Origin: an uncultured Alphaproteobacteria bacterium
Lineage (GTDB): Bacteria > Pseudomonadota > Alphaproteobacteria > Rhizobiales > Xanthobacteraceae
Direction of reading: 5' to 3'
Length of the DNA: 64,000 bases
Assembly (NCBI GenBank): GCA_963739175.1
Contig: CAVTZH010000007.1
Location: 135,616-199,615 of the forward strand
Shown: positions 46,278 through 58,370 of the stretch, one piece after another
How the letters are laid out: every line of letters starts with the position of its first letter
How positions within the stretch are numbered: the first letter of the stretch is position 1
The notes under the pieces: model-generated
Databases searched by the model: none
What the model was told of the DNA's origin: nothing
What the model saw: only the letters and a program-made list of their open reading frames with translations
Program-made: the position numbers and the translations under genes

Positions 46278-47090
46278 TCGTGTCGGTGCTGGTCGCGGCG
46301 GTGTGCGCGGTGCTGTCCTGCTATCTGGTGCTCAAGGGCTGGTCGCTGATGGGCGACGCCATCTCGCACGCCGTGCTGCCCGGCATCGTGCTCGCCTATG
46401 TGCTCGGCCTGCCGCTGGCGCTCGGAGCGTTCGTCGCCGGGCTCTCCTGCGCGCTGTTCACCGGCTATCTCAAGGAGAACAGCCGCATCAAGGAGGACAC
46501 GGTGATGGGCATCGTGTTCTCCGGCATGTTCGGGCTCGGGCTCGTGATCTTCACCAAGGTCGAGACCGACCAGCATCTCCTGCACATCCTGTTCGGCAAC
46601 GTGCTGGGCGTGACCGTGCAGGATCTCATCGAAACGGCGATCGTCGCCGGCGGCACGCTCGCGATCGTGCTGCTCAAGCGCCGCGATCTCCTGCTCTATT
46701 GCTTCGATCCCAACCACGCGCGCTCGATCGGCCTGCCGGTGCGGGTGCTGCACTACGGCCTGCTGGTCCTGCTCTCGCTCACCATCGTCGCCTCGCTGAA
46801 GGCGGTCGGCATCATCCTGGTGATCGCGATGCTGATCGCGCCCGGCGCCACCGCCTACATGCTGACCTCGAGCTTCGAGCGCATGCTGGTGATCGCCACT
46901 GCGGTGGCGACGAGCTCGGCCGCGCTCGGCACCATCATCAGCTTCCACATCGACGGCGCGACCGGCGCCTGCATCGTGCTGGTGCAGGCCGCGATGTTCG
47001 TGCTGGCGATGCTGTTCGCTCCCAAGCATGGGCTGGTCTGGAAGGGTCGGCGCGCGGAGCCGGCAGCGGCGGCGGCGCGAGGCGCCCTAG
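46223..47090 (+). CDS. sitD: Mn/Fe ABC transporter permease (3' end uncertain)
   Basis: 'LDWITGPLAYPFMQRALIVSVL...LKGWSLMGDAISHAVLPG...FDPNHARSIGLPV...FAPKHGLV' is intact. As given, the frame then runs on to 47389, deep into the convergent gene, so the natural stop was probably lost through an indel near 47040-47090. Confidence 0.7.
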
Positions 47091-48485
47091 CCCGGCCAGG
47101 CCGGCGGATGCGTGCCAAGCGGCACCGACGGGCGTGTCCAGCGCGGCGGGGTCTCGCTCATGACCGCTGCGTGCCGCACCGCCGTGATCCGCCCGAAGCC
47201 GGAGTCGATCTCCTCCAGACGGTCACGCACGTCGTCGAAACCGGGGTCGGGACGGGACGAGGCCGTCGACGCGCCCGAACGATCGCAGCCAGTGGGCGGT
47301 CTGGGCGAGCGAGACGCGCACGTGCCAGCTTCCACCGTCGCTGCGCGCGGCGAGCAAGCGCCGTCATCGCCGCAAACGCCATCAGGTAGCCGGTGCCATG
47401 GTCGATCGCCTGCGCCGGCAGCGGCTCTCGGCGTCTCGGCGCCGGCGGCCTCCGCCTCGGCGACGTTGAGGCCGTTGGCATTCTGCACCAGCGAATCGAA
47501 GCCGCGGCGTGCCGCCCACGGACCGCCGTGGCCGTAGGCGCACAGCGAGACATAGACGATGCCGGGGCGGATGCGCGCCGCCTCCTGCGGGCCGAAGCCG
47601 TGGCGGCAATGGCGCCGGGCCGGTAGCCCTGCACGAAGACGTCGGCGTCGCCGCAGCAGGTCGGCGAGGCGTCGCGCGGCCGTCCGCGTCGCGCAGGTCG
47701 ACGGCGGTCGAGAGCTTGCCGCGGCCGTTGTCGATGACCAGCGGCTCCATCTTGGGCAGGTGCCGCGCCGTCACCAGCAGCACGTCGGCGCCGTGCGCCG
47801 CGAGCGTGCGGCCGCACACCGGCCCCGCGATCACGCGCGTGAGGTCGAGCACCCGGATGCCGGAGAGCGGGCGATCGCCCGCCGGCAAGGGCTGCGGCGG
47901 CGCATCGCCGATCCGCTCGATGGTGAACAGCGGCAGGCCGGCGATCGCGCGTCCCTGCGGATGCGCGTCCCATTCGGCGAACGACCGGCTCATGGTCGCG
48001 ACCAGGCCGGCTTCGGCGGCGGCGGCTTCGAACGCCTCGGCGTCCCATTGCGCCAGCGCCTGCGCCACCGCGGCGGGATCGTGCTCGCAGCCGAGCAGGC
48101 GCAGCACGCCGTCGCGGTGATGCGGGAAATTGGCGTGGATGCGGACCCAGCGGCCGTCGCGACAGCGATAGATGCCGTGGATCGGATCCGTATATTCCGG
48201 CGTGGGCTTGCCGTTGACTTGCAGATAGCGCTCGCTGCGGAATTCGATCGCCGCATCGCGCATGGCGACGCTGATCCGCTGCCGCCGTCCGGTGCGCAGG
48301 TGCCACAGTTCGCCGGCGGCGAGCGCCGCGGCGGCGATCGTGGTTTGCGCCAGCGTGCCGACGGCAAATGAGGACGGGAGCACCGGCTCGGCGCCGGTCA
48401 GGTCGACGGCGTCAAGCGCGTCGCCGGGCTGCCCGGCCGCGCGCCAGAGATCGGCCAGAATTGTCTTGGAGTGCAGCGCCGTCAT
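47087..48485 (-). pseudogene. Family III CoA-transferase (CaiB/BaiF-like), about six frame breaks in the C-terminal third
   Basis: The N-terminal 270 aa are intact ('GIRVLDLTRVIAGPVCGRTLAAHGADVL'). The rest is recoverable only by hopping frames: 'RLADLL', 'ADVFVQGYRPGAIAA', 'GFGPQEAARIRPGIVYVSLCAYGHGGPW...NANGLNVAEAE', 'PLPAQAIDHGTGYLMAFAAMTAL', 'GGSWHVRVSLAQTAHWL', 'FDDVRDRLEEIDSGFGRITAVRHAAVMSETPPRWTRPSVPLGTH'. Confidence 0.85.
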
Positions 48486-49264
48486 ACGCCACGCGCTCCT
48501 TGATTGACGGCGCCTACGACCTCGACCCGCTTCCAGCCGTCGCTGGTCAGCCGCTGCTGCGGCAGGAAGCGGCCCTTGTAGTCCATCTTGCGCGAGCCCT
48601 GCACCCAGTAGCCGAGATAGACGTAAGGCAGCCCCATGCGCTTCGCGCGCGCGATGTGGTCGAGGATCATGAAGGTGCCGAGCGAGCGGAACCGGTGGTC
48701 GGCATCGAAATACGAGTAGACCATCGAGAGCCCGTCGCCGAGCACGTCGGTGAGCGCGACCGCGAGCAACTCGCCCGCGCCGCGGCCGTTGATCGAGCTG
48801 TCGGGGCCGCGCCGGCGGTACTCGACAATGCGCGTCTCGACATGGCTGTCCTCGACCATCATGGCGTAGTCGAGCACGGTCATGTCGGCCATGCCGCCGT
48901 CGCGGTGGCGCAGGTCGAGATACGAGCGGAACACCGAATACTGCTCGGAGGTCGGCACCGCGGCGCGCAGGTCGCCGATCAGGTCGCCGTTGCGTTGCTG
49001 GATGCGGCGCATGCTGCGCGACGGCTCGAATTCATCGACGATCACGCGCACCGATACGCAGGCGCGGCAGGTCTCGCAGGCGGGCCGGTAGGCGATCGAC
49101 TGGCTGCGGCGGAAGCCGCCATGGGTGAGCAGGTCGTTGAGCTCGGCGGCCCGCTCGCCGACCAGATGCGTGAATACCTTCCGCTCCTCGTGCCCGGGCA
49201 GATAGGGGCAGGGGGACGGCGCCGTCAGGTAGAATTGCGGGGTGTTGCGTGAGTGCTGTGTCAC
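48482..49264 (-). CDS. bpt: Aspartate/glutamate leucyltransferase (arginyl-tRNA-protein transferase family, N-end rule)
   Basis: '[21 protein letters not shown]', '[25 protein letters not shown]', 'SMVYSYFD', '[10 protein letters not shown]', 'YVYLGYWV'. The GTG at 49264 gives the typical MTQHS start. The stop overlaps the CoA-transferase start (ATGA). Confidence 0.9.
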   Translation of the reverse strand: MTQHSRNTPQFYLTAPSPCPYLPGHEERKVFTHLVGERAAELNDLLTHGGFRRSQSIAYRPACETCRACVSVRVIVDEFEPSRSMRRIQQRNGDLIGDLRAAVPTSEQYSVFRSYLDLRHRDGGMADMTVLDYAMMVEDSHVETRIVEYRRRGPDSSINGRGAGELLAVALTDVLGDGLSMVYSYFDADHRFRSLGTFMILDHIARAKRMGLPYVYLGYWVQGSRKMDYKGRFLPQQRLTSDGWKRVEVVGAVNQGARGV

Positions 49265-49343
49265 GGATATTCCAGGCTGCCCTTCCACCGGCCGGATTCG
49301 CACATAGGATCGCCCGGGGGAGCCGTCCAGTCAAACGCCTTTG

Positions 49344-49893
49344 TCAGGCGCGGCCGACGTCCCGGATCGTCTGCGCGCGGGCCGGGTTGTTGATGACCAC
49401 CGTGCCGACCACCATGTCGTGCAGCAGGCGCTTGCGGTCGTTGAAGAAGCCGACCAGCAGGATCAGCGGCGTCAGGAACGAAATGGTTAGCCAGAACACC
49501 ACCGCGTGCACGGCGCCGAGCACGAAATAGGCCGGCGCGCCGTACCAGGTGCGCATCTCGAGGTCCATGACCCGCATGCCGATGGTGGCGGAAGCCGGGC
49601 TGCCGAATGTGTAGCCGTAGTAGCAGAGCGCCCAGATCACGATCAGCGGCCAATAGAGCGGCGAGAGGAAGACGAACAGCACGCCTGCGAGGCCGAGCGT
49701 CGCGATGGTCGCCGCCGCCATGAAGAACCCGGCAATGACAACCGGGATGGCGAGGATGATCAGGTCGATGACAAAGGCGATCAGCCGGCGCGCCAGCACG
49801 CCTTCGAACAATTCCGGATTGGTCAGCGGGGTCGTAGGCGTGCGGCTTGAGCTCGATCGACACGCCGATCCGTCTCGGTTCGTTGTCGGTCAT
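49344..49893 (-). pseudogene. RDD-family membrane protein, frame broken once
   Basis: 'MTDNEPRRIGVSIELKPHAYDP' (ATG 49893) joins 'LTNPELFEGVLARRLIAFVIDLII...' after removing one G of the GGGG run at 49828-49831. Confidence 0.8.
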
Positions 49894-50037
49894 GACGAGT
49901 CCTTTAACCGTCCCTGCTATCCTCGAATCCAACGCCAGATGGAGAATAAACCGTTGCGCCACAAGAGGCACGGGCTTTGTGTCACGCACAAACCCTTGTC
50001 ACGCCCAAATCCTTGGGCGGGCTGGTAGGATGAGAGT

Positions 50038-51227
50038 ATGACCGTCACCGTCGCCGACATCGACGCCGCCCGCCGCACCATTGCCGGCCAGGTCCTGCGC
50101 ACCCCGATGCTGCCGGCGCCACGGCTCTCGGCGCTGACCGGCGCCGCAGGTGTACGTCAAATACGAGAACCTCCAGGTCACCAACTCGTTCAAGGAGCGC
50201 GGCGCACTCAACAAGCTCGCCTCGCTCACGGCCAAGGAACGCAGCGCCGGCGTCATCGCGATGTCGGCCGGCAATCACGCCCAGGCGGTGGCCTATCACG
50301 CCGCGCGGCTCAAGATCCCCGCCACCATCGTGATGCCGGTGACGACGCCGATCGTGAAGGTCGAGGCAACGCAGGCGCACGGCGCCACCGTCGTGCTCGA
50401 AGGCGAAACGGTGGCCGAGGCGCAGACGAAAGCCGAGGCGCTGGCGCGCGAACGCGGCCTGACCTGGGTGCATCCCTACGACGACGTCCGCGTGATCGCC
50501 GGGCAGGGGACGATCGCAGCGGAGATGCTGGAGGACGTGCCGGACCTCGACATGCTGGTGATCCCGATCGGCGGCGGCGGGCTGATCGCCGGCAATGCGA
50601 TGGCGGCGCGCGCGCTGAAACCATCGATCGAGGTCGTCGGCGCCGAGGCGGCGATGTATCCCTCGTTCTGGAATGCGCTCACCGGCGAAGCAGCGCCCGT
50701 GCGGCGGCCCGACGCTGGCCGAAGGCATCGCGGTGAAGAACGTCGGCAAGCTGACGCTGCCGATCGTGCGCGAGCTGGTCTCCGAGATCGTGCTGGTCGA
50801 CGAGGAGTCGATCGAGCGCGCGGTCAACGCCTATCTCACGCTGCAGAAGACCATGGCGGAAGGCGCCGGCGCCGCCGGCCTCGCGGCGATGCTGCTCAAG
50901 CCCGAGCGCTTCCGCGGCCGCAAGGTCGGGTTGATCCTGTGCGGCGGCAATATCGATCCGCGCATCCTGTCGACCATCGTGGTGCGGGAACTCGAGCGCG
51001 AATGCCGGATCGCCTCGTTCCGGCTTTCAATTCCCGATCGGCCCGGCGTGCTCGGGCAGATCGCCACATTGTTCGGTGAGCTCGGCGTCAATATCCTGGA
51101 GGTCGATCACCACCGCCGCTTCCTCAACGTGCCGGCCAAGGGCGCCAAGCTCGACGTGACTGTCGAGACGCGCGGCCCCGCCCATGGCGACGAGATTTTC
51201 GCGCGGCTCAAGCAGCGAGGGCTATGA
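50038..51227 (+). pseudogene. ilvA: Threonine ammonia-lyase (PLP-dependent, C-terminal ACT-like domain), two frame breaks
   Basis: 'MTVTVADIDAARRTIAGQVLRTPMLPAPRLSALTGAA', 'VYVKYENLQVTNSFKERGALNK...MSAGNHAQAVAYHA...GGGGLIAG' and 'GGPTLAEGIAVKNVG...' lie in successive +1 frames. Junctions are about 50149 and 50702. Confidence 0.88.
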
Positions 51228-51338
51228 GCCGGTGCGGATCGAGGCCGCCACCGCGATGGAGTAAGACTTCCTCCCGGCGCGATATCCGTTCATGATGACG
51301 TCGTAGCTCGCGAATCACCCTGGCTGGGGGCGGACACC

Positions 51339-53813
51339 GTGCGCGAGAAGGAACTTCGCATTGCGCTCGTGTGCTTTGGCGGCGTTTCGCTCGCCGTCTA
51401 TATGCACGGCATCGGCAAGGAGATCCTGAAGCTGGTGCGGGCATCGAGCGCGCTGCATCGCATCTCCGATCGCTCCGAACGGATGGACGCGTCGTTCTTC
51501 GATCGCGTCGACGCAAGCGACACCGAATACGACACCGAGCAATTCTACTTCGAACTGCTGCGCGACGTCGGGCGGGGCGTCGACCTGCGCGTCGTGGTCG
51601 ACATCATTGCCGGGCGCGTCCGCCGGCGGCATCGTCGGCACCATGCTGGCGCGGGCGCTGAGCCACGACCTGCGCATGGAGAAGATGCGCGACCTGTGGC
51701 TCGACAATGCCGACGTCACGGTGCTGCTGTCGCCGGATACCAAGGCCGGCGCCTGGAGCAAGTGGTTCCTCAAGCCGTTCCTGTGGGGCGCGGCCAAAAC
51801 AGGAATGTTAGGTGCAATCAGGGACCTCGAAGTCCGCCAGAAGCTCTCGCTCCTGGTGCGCTCGCGCTGGTTCCGGCCGCCGCTCGACGGGCGCATCATG
51901 GCCGGCCTGATGTACGACGCGGTCACCTCGATGGGCGAGCCCGAGCACCAGGCGCAGTCGCTTGCTGCCGTCGGGTCACAATCTCGATCTGTTCGTGACG
52001 CTCACCGACTTCTACGGCTACCACCAGCTGGTGCAGATCCACGATCCGCCGCTGATCCACGAGCTCGACCACAATCACGTGCTGCAATTCACCTATCGGC
52101 GACGGTCGGACGGAACAGTCGAAAGCGATTTCGACATCGACAACGCGCCCTCGCTCGCCTTTGCCGCCCGCGCCACCTCGTCGTTTCCGGGCGCGTTCCC
52201 GCCGGCGCGGATCGTCGAGATGGATGAGGCGGTGGCGGAGCGGCACGGGACCTGGCCGCGGCGCGAGGAATTCATCGCACGCTCGTTCGAGCACCATCTG
52301 CGCGCCGACGTCGATCCGGCGGTGACGCCGTTCATCGACGGCGCGGTGCTCAACAACCGGCCGTTCCAGCTCGCGATCTCGGCGATCCACGGGCGGCCGG
52401 CCTACCGGCAGGTCGACCGCCGGCTGGTCTATATCGAGCCGCATCCGGCGCCGCCGGTGATGCCGTCGCGGCAGCGGATGCCGCGCTTCTTCGCGACGCT
52501 GCGCGGCGCGATGTCGGACATTCCGAGCTCGCAGCCGGTCACCAACGAACTGAACTGGGTCAACGAATTCAACGAGCGCGTTCGCCGCCTCAAGGCGATC
52601 AACGACAGCGCCCGGCCGCAGGTCAGCCGGCTGGTGGCGGGCGTGCTGCCGGAAACGCTCGACCGCGCGATTACCTCGCAGGAGGTGCGCGACTGGCGCG
52701 AACAGGTGAATTCCCAGGTCGCGCGCGACGCCGGCTTTGCCTATCAGGCCTATGTCCGGTTGAAGCTCGCATCGGTGCGCGCTTTCGGCGCCCAACTGAT
52801 CGTCAAGCTGCGCGGTGCACCCGAGAAATCGCCGCTGTCGCGCGTGGTGGCGGAGATCATCGACGCCTGGGCCGTTCGCAAGGGCGTGGTCTACGAGAGC
52901 GAGGAAACCCAGGCGCTCGAATTCGAGACGCGCGGCTGCCGGCCAGATGCCGGTGTGGGTGCGCTACCTGCTCGCCTTCGACGTGAAGTACCGCGAGCGG
53001 CGGCTGCATTTCCTGATCGAAGGACAGAACCGGCTCTACGAACACATCGATCAGGCCCACTTCAACGGGCTCGACCCGCTGGTGGTCGACCGCCTCAAGC
53101 GCGAGTTCTATGCACGCTTGGACTCGCTGCGGCGCAAGGAGCGCCCCGACTACTACAGCGGCGACGTCTACGGGCTGGTGCACGACATCATCCCGGAGGA
53201 GCCGACGCCGGACGAGGTGAGGAACCTCCGCGCCTACGCGGCGGCGTTCGTGGACCAGCACTTCGACAAGCTCGATCGCCTGATCGAGGCGCTGGCGGCC
53301 GAGATCAAGCTCGACAACAGCACCCGCGATCTCGACGATCTGCTCGCTTCACTCGATCCGGCACAGTGGCATCCCGGCGCCCGGCGCGAGGTGCTGGTCA
53401 ACTATCTCGGCTTCCCGTTCTGGGACGTACTGACCTTCCCGATGACCAACGCGCGCGAGATCGGCGAGCTCAACGAGATCCTGGTCGACCGCATCAGCCC
53501 GCAGGACACGCGCACGCTGAAAGGGTTCGAGGGGATCGCCAGCCTCAAGGGCATCGGCTTCGCCCATTTCGCCGCGTTCCTGTCGCGCTCCTATCGCGAG
53601 AACGACTATCTGCTCGGGCGCCTGCACGCGACCGATCGGCTGATCGACATCGTCTGCGATGCGGCCGGTCCCGAGGCCGCCGGCAAAATCGACGTGCTGG
53701 CGCTGAAGCGGAAGGCGTTCAGCCGGATCCTCGATGCCGAGGAGAAGCATCTCGGCCAGAGCGCCGACCTGTTCGCGGCGCTGCGCCGCTGCATCGCGGA
53801 CATCGGCGCCTAA
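51339..53813 (+). pseudogene. Patatin-like phospholipase with long C-terminal DUF3376-type extension, three frame breaks
   Basis: 'LRIALVCFGGVSLAVYMHG' (oxyanion G-G-x-x), 'DIIAG|ASAGGIVG' (G-x-S-x-G split by an extra G at 51612-51614), and 'FIDGAVLNNRPF' (catalytic Asp). Further junctions are about 51961 and 52934. The reconstructed length is about 824 aa. Confidence 0.85.
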
Positions 53814-53937
53814 TTTTTGATCGGTGCCACCGGCACTTCGCAGAAAGTCTTAGCCCCTAAGTCGAATAGCGCGCCCCGCAAGACAGGGCGCAAAATAGGC
53901 GCGTGAATCAAATAACAACCGAAATGAGGATATCGCT

Positions 53938-54024
53938 ATGGGTGGACTTGAACTGGTTGGTGCAGCGCTGTTCTTGATCGTGGCGGGCCTGGCGGCCTGG
54001 AGAATCGTCGCGGTCCGCACATAA
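53938..54024 (+). CDS. Candidate 28-aa hydrophobic micro-protein (MGGLELVGAALFLIVAGLAAWRIVAVRT)
   Basis: The ATG has GAGGA 7 nt upstream. It encodes a single predicted TM helix, sits in an AT-rich pocket between two convergent genes, and is below the ORF-track cutoff. Confidence 0.3.
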   Translation: MGGLELVGAALFLIVAGLAAWRIVAVRT

Positions 54025-54047
54025 AGACCCGCGACAGCAACGCCGGT

Positions 54048-55158
54048 CTAGGCTTTCAGCCGCGGCATCAGCCTCAAGGCGTTCTCGTTCTCGACCGCCT
54101 TGAGGTCGGCCGCCGACAGGCCGGCTTTCATCAAATCGTTGGCGTTCTCGACCACCGACACATAGGGGTAGTCGGTGCCGAACAACACCTGCGATATCGG
54201 CGCGAATTTGAGCAGCGCCGCGATGTTCGGCGCATAGGCGGCGTTCGCGGTCTCGTAGTAGAGCCGCTTGAGCTCGAAATCGATGCCGTCGGGCAGCACC
54301 TGCGCCTGGTTCTTGAGCTGGATCTTCGCCAGCGAATTCACCCGTCCGGCGAGCAGCGGAACGGCGGCGCCGCCATGCGAGAAGATCCAGCGCACGTCGC
54401 GGGTGCGGGTGAACGTCCCGCTGAACAGAAGGCTCATCACCGTGCGGTTGGTGTCCTGCGGGTATTCGGTGAACGATCCCGGCACCTGCGGCGTCAGCGC
54501 GTCGCAGCAGTCCGGGCGGCCCGGATGCACGTACACGATGGCGCGCCGGCGCTGCAGCTCGTCCATCACCGGCTTGAAATCCGGATCGCCGAGGAACTGG
54601 TTGCCGTAGCTGGTGGAGAGCCCGATGCCGTCGGCCTTGAGCTCGTCGAGCGCGTAGGCGATCTCCTTCAGCGTGCCGTCGATGTCGGGCATCGGCACAT
54701 AGGCGAACAGCCCGAAACGGCCGGGATGATCGCTGCGCGCCTTGGCGGCATAGTCGTTGACCATGCGCGTCATGGTGCGGTTTTCGTCCGCGCTCAGCTT
54801 CGGAAGATTGAGGCCGCCGCTCGCCAGCGACAGGATCGCGGTCGCGACGCCGCCTTTGTTCATCTCGTCGAGTGTCGCTTCGAAGCGTCCAGCGCATCGC
54901 AACCGGCGCGGTGCGGATGTTGTCCTTCTTCCAGCGCTCCTGCACGAACGGCGGGAACATGTGGTGGTGGACGTCGACGCGGTGCGGTTTGGCGGTCGCG
55001 GCGTGGAGGTGTCTTGCGCCCACACCGCCGGCGTCGGCCAGCGCAGTGGCGGCGCCGAAGGCGCCGAGCGATTTGAGGAACGTGCGCCGCGAGGTGCAGC
55101 CGCACACGGCGACGCAGCCATGGACCGGTGCCGTGGCGTCGACAGGGTCGCAGCGCAT
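54048..55158 (-). pseudogene. Tat-exported amidohydrolase-2 family (ACMSD-like metal-dependent hydrolase/decarboxylase), frame broken once
   Basis: Tat motif 'SRRTFLKSLGAFGAATALA' and 'HRVDVHHHMFPP' (metal-binding HxH). It is then joined at about 54883 to 'EATLDEMNKGGVATAILS...IVYVHPG...LFGTDYPY'. Confidence 0.8.
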
Positions 55159-55219
55159 GCGCGGAATTTCTCCCCAGCCGAATCGTCGAGCGCCAAAATC
55201 CGCCGGCTAATGCCGGCGG

Positions 55220-56291
<1,072 letters not shown>

Positions 56292-56459
56292 GATCGTTCC
56301 GTTCCGGCGCTTCTTTTAGCCGTTTCCGGGCGCACCCGCCACCGGGGCCCGAAAACGTCCTCAAACACTGGTTAGCAACGAATGGTGACGCCGCTGCGGC
56401 CGTTGTGGCACCCGTGTCGCCGTGCCAAGATTGTTAATCCCAACGTCGCGGTGGCACCC

Positions 56460-56826
56460 ATGACCCAGATCGATCCCGGCCGGCCCCAGCCTGTCGTCTC
56501 CAATACGTCGATGGCGCTGATCATCTACATCCTCTATTTCGTCGCCTACTTTGTCGGCATCACGGCGATCGTCGGCGTGATCATGGCGCATGTGCAGAAG
56601 GGCAGCGGCAATGCCATGCTGGAGTCGCACTACGACTTCCAGATCAGGACCTTCTGGATCGGCCTCCTGTATGCTCATCGTCGGCTTCGTGCTGATGTTC
56701 GTCCTGATCGGCTTCCTGGTCTGGGCGTGGTGGTTCATCTGGTCGCTGATCAGGAACATCAAGGGCATTCTGGCGCTGAACGAGAACCGCCCGATCGCCA
56801 ATCCACATTCCTGGCTGTTCGGCTGA
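56460..56826 (+). pseudogene. Small multi-pass membrane protein (DUF4870-like), frame broken once
   Basis: 'MTQIDPGRPQPVVSNTSMALIIYILYFVAYFVGITAIVGVIMAH...SHYDFQIRTFWIGLL' continues as 'MLIVGFVLMFVLIGFLVWAWWFIWSLIRNIKGILAL' after an extra T at about 56670. Confidence 0.7.
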
Positions 56827-56854
56827 CGCGACGGCGGCGTCCCGTGGCAATGGC

Positions 56855-57900
56855 GTGACCGATATTCTCTTCGAGCGGCGCGGCGCCGCCGGCGTGGTCA
56901 CGCTCAATCGTCCGGATGCGCTCAACGCGGTGACGCACGCCATGGTGCGTGCGCTCGCGGAGCAGCTCGCCGCGTGGGCAACCGACCCGGCGGTCACCCG
57001 TGTCGTCGTTACGGCGGCTCCCGGGCGCGCGTTCTCCGCCGGCGGCGATCTGCGCGCGCTCTATGATCTCGGCCGCGCCGGCCGCTACGACGAGGCGCTG
57101 CAATACTGGCGCGACGAGTACCGTCTCAACGCCACGATCAAGCGCTACCGCAAGCCCTATGTCTCGATCGTCGACGGCGTCATTTTGGGCGGCGGCGTCG
57201 GGGTCGCGATCCATGGCTCGCACCGGGTGGCCGGCGACGGCTTCCGCTTTGCGATGCCGGAAGTCGGCATCGGCTTTTTCCCGGATATCGGCGCTACCTG
57301 GTTCCTGCCGCGCCTTCCGGGCGAAACCGGCACCTGGTGCGCGCTCACGGGCGAGCGCATCGAGGCCGCCGATGCGACCGCCTTGGGGCTCGCCACCCAT
57401 CGCGTGCCGTCGGCGCGCTTGCCGGACCTGCTGGACGGGCTGTGCGGTTCGGTTCCGGTCGATGCGCTGCTCGCCGCGTTCGCGGAGCCGGCTGGAAGCC
57501 GTGCAACCACACCGCCCGGCCATCGACCGTCTGTTCGCGGCTGACCGGGTCGAGGACATCCTGTCGGCGCTCGATACCGCCGGTGCGGCGACCGGCCCGG
57601 ATGCCGACGTTTGCGCGCCGCACGGCAGCCACGATCCGCACAAAATCGCCCACAAGTCTCAAGATCGCTCTGGCGCAGATGCGGCGCGGCAAAGACCTCG
57701 ATTTCGAGGCTTGCCTGCGGACCGAATTCCGCATTGTGTCGCGGGTCGTGACCGGGCATGACTTCTACGAGGGAATACGCGCTGTGATCGTGGACAAGGA
57801 CCAGAGCCCGCGCTGGCGGCCGCCGACGCTCGCCGCCGTCAGCGACGCCGACGTGGCGGGCTATTTTGCGCCGGTCGCCGCCGAACTCGATCTGTCATGA
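56855..57900 (+). pseudogene. 3-hydroxyisobutyryl-CoA hydrolase (enoyl-CoA hydratase/isomerase family), two frame breaks
   Basis: 'VVTLNRPDALNAV', 'FSAGGDLRAL', 'YVSIVDGVILGGGVGVAIHGSHRVA', 'FAMPEVGIGFFPDIGATWFLPRL', then 'TKSPTSLKIALAQMRRG...EFRIVSRVVTGHDFYEGIRAVIVDKD'. Junctions are about 57490 and 57609. Confidence 0.85.
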
Positions 57901-58346
57901 CCGATCCGATCACCACCGCGCACCGCAAGACGCTCGATCCGGTCCAGGCCGGCGAGGAGGAGGGGCGCACCGATCGCTGGACGCCGCGGCTCGTTCTGTT
58001 CCTGCGCGTGATGGCGGCGATCGCGCTGATGAAGGGCCTCTACCACTGGGCGATTGTCTGCGGCTTCCTCTCGCCGTCCGACGCGGGCTTCGAAGACGCC
58101 GCGACGCCGGTGCAGGCGGCGACTGTTTTCTTCGGCGTGATCGACCTCGTCGCCGCCGTCGGCCTGTGGCTCGCCGCGCCCTGGGGCGCCGTGGTCTGGC
58201 TGACCGCGGTGATTTCGATGGTGGCGGTCGAGGTGCTGTTTCCGCAGATCTACGGCGGGCGGGTGTGGGTCGTTGCGATCGATATCGTCCTGATATTTTT
58301 CTATCTCTGGCTGGCGCTGATGTCGGCGCGCGAGCAGCCGCCGTGA
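57897..58346 (+). CDS. Integral membrane protein of unknown function (4 TM segments)
   Basis: 149 aa with ATGA overlap with the upstream gene and hydrophobic segments 'LVLFLRVMAAIALMKGLYHWAIV', 'VFFGVIDLVAAVGLWLAAPWG', 'VVWLTAVISMVAVEVLF', 'VVAIDIVLIFFYLWLALM'. Confidence 0.7.
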   Translation: MTDPITTAHRKTLDPVQAGEEEGRTDRWTPRLVLFLRVMAAIALMKGLYHWAIVCGFLSPSDAGFEDAATPVQAATVFFGVIDLVAAVGLWLAAPWGAVVWLTAVISMVAVEVLFPQIYGGRVWVVAIDIVLIFFYLWLALMSAREQPP

Positions 58347-58370
58347 TTTTGGCGCGTCGTTGCGGCATGC

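Noticed and set aside
47090-47389. Read-through of the sitD frame for 100 extra codons
   Set aside because: The extension is an Arg-rich sequence antisense to the CoA-transferase C-terminus. It is most likely a consequence of a lost stop or indel rather than a real domain.
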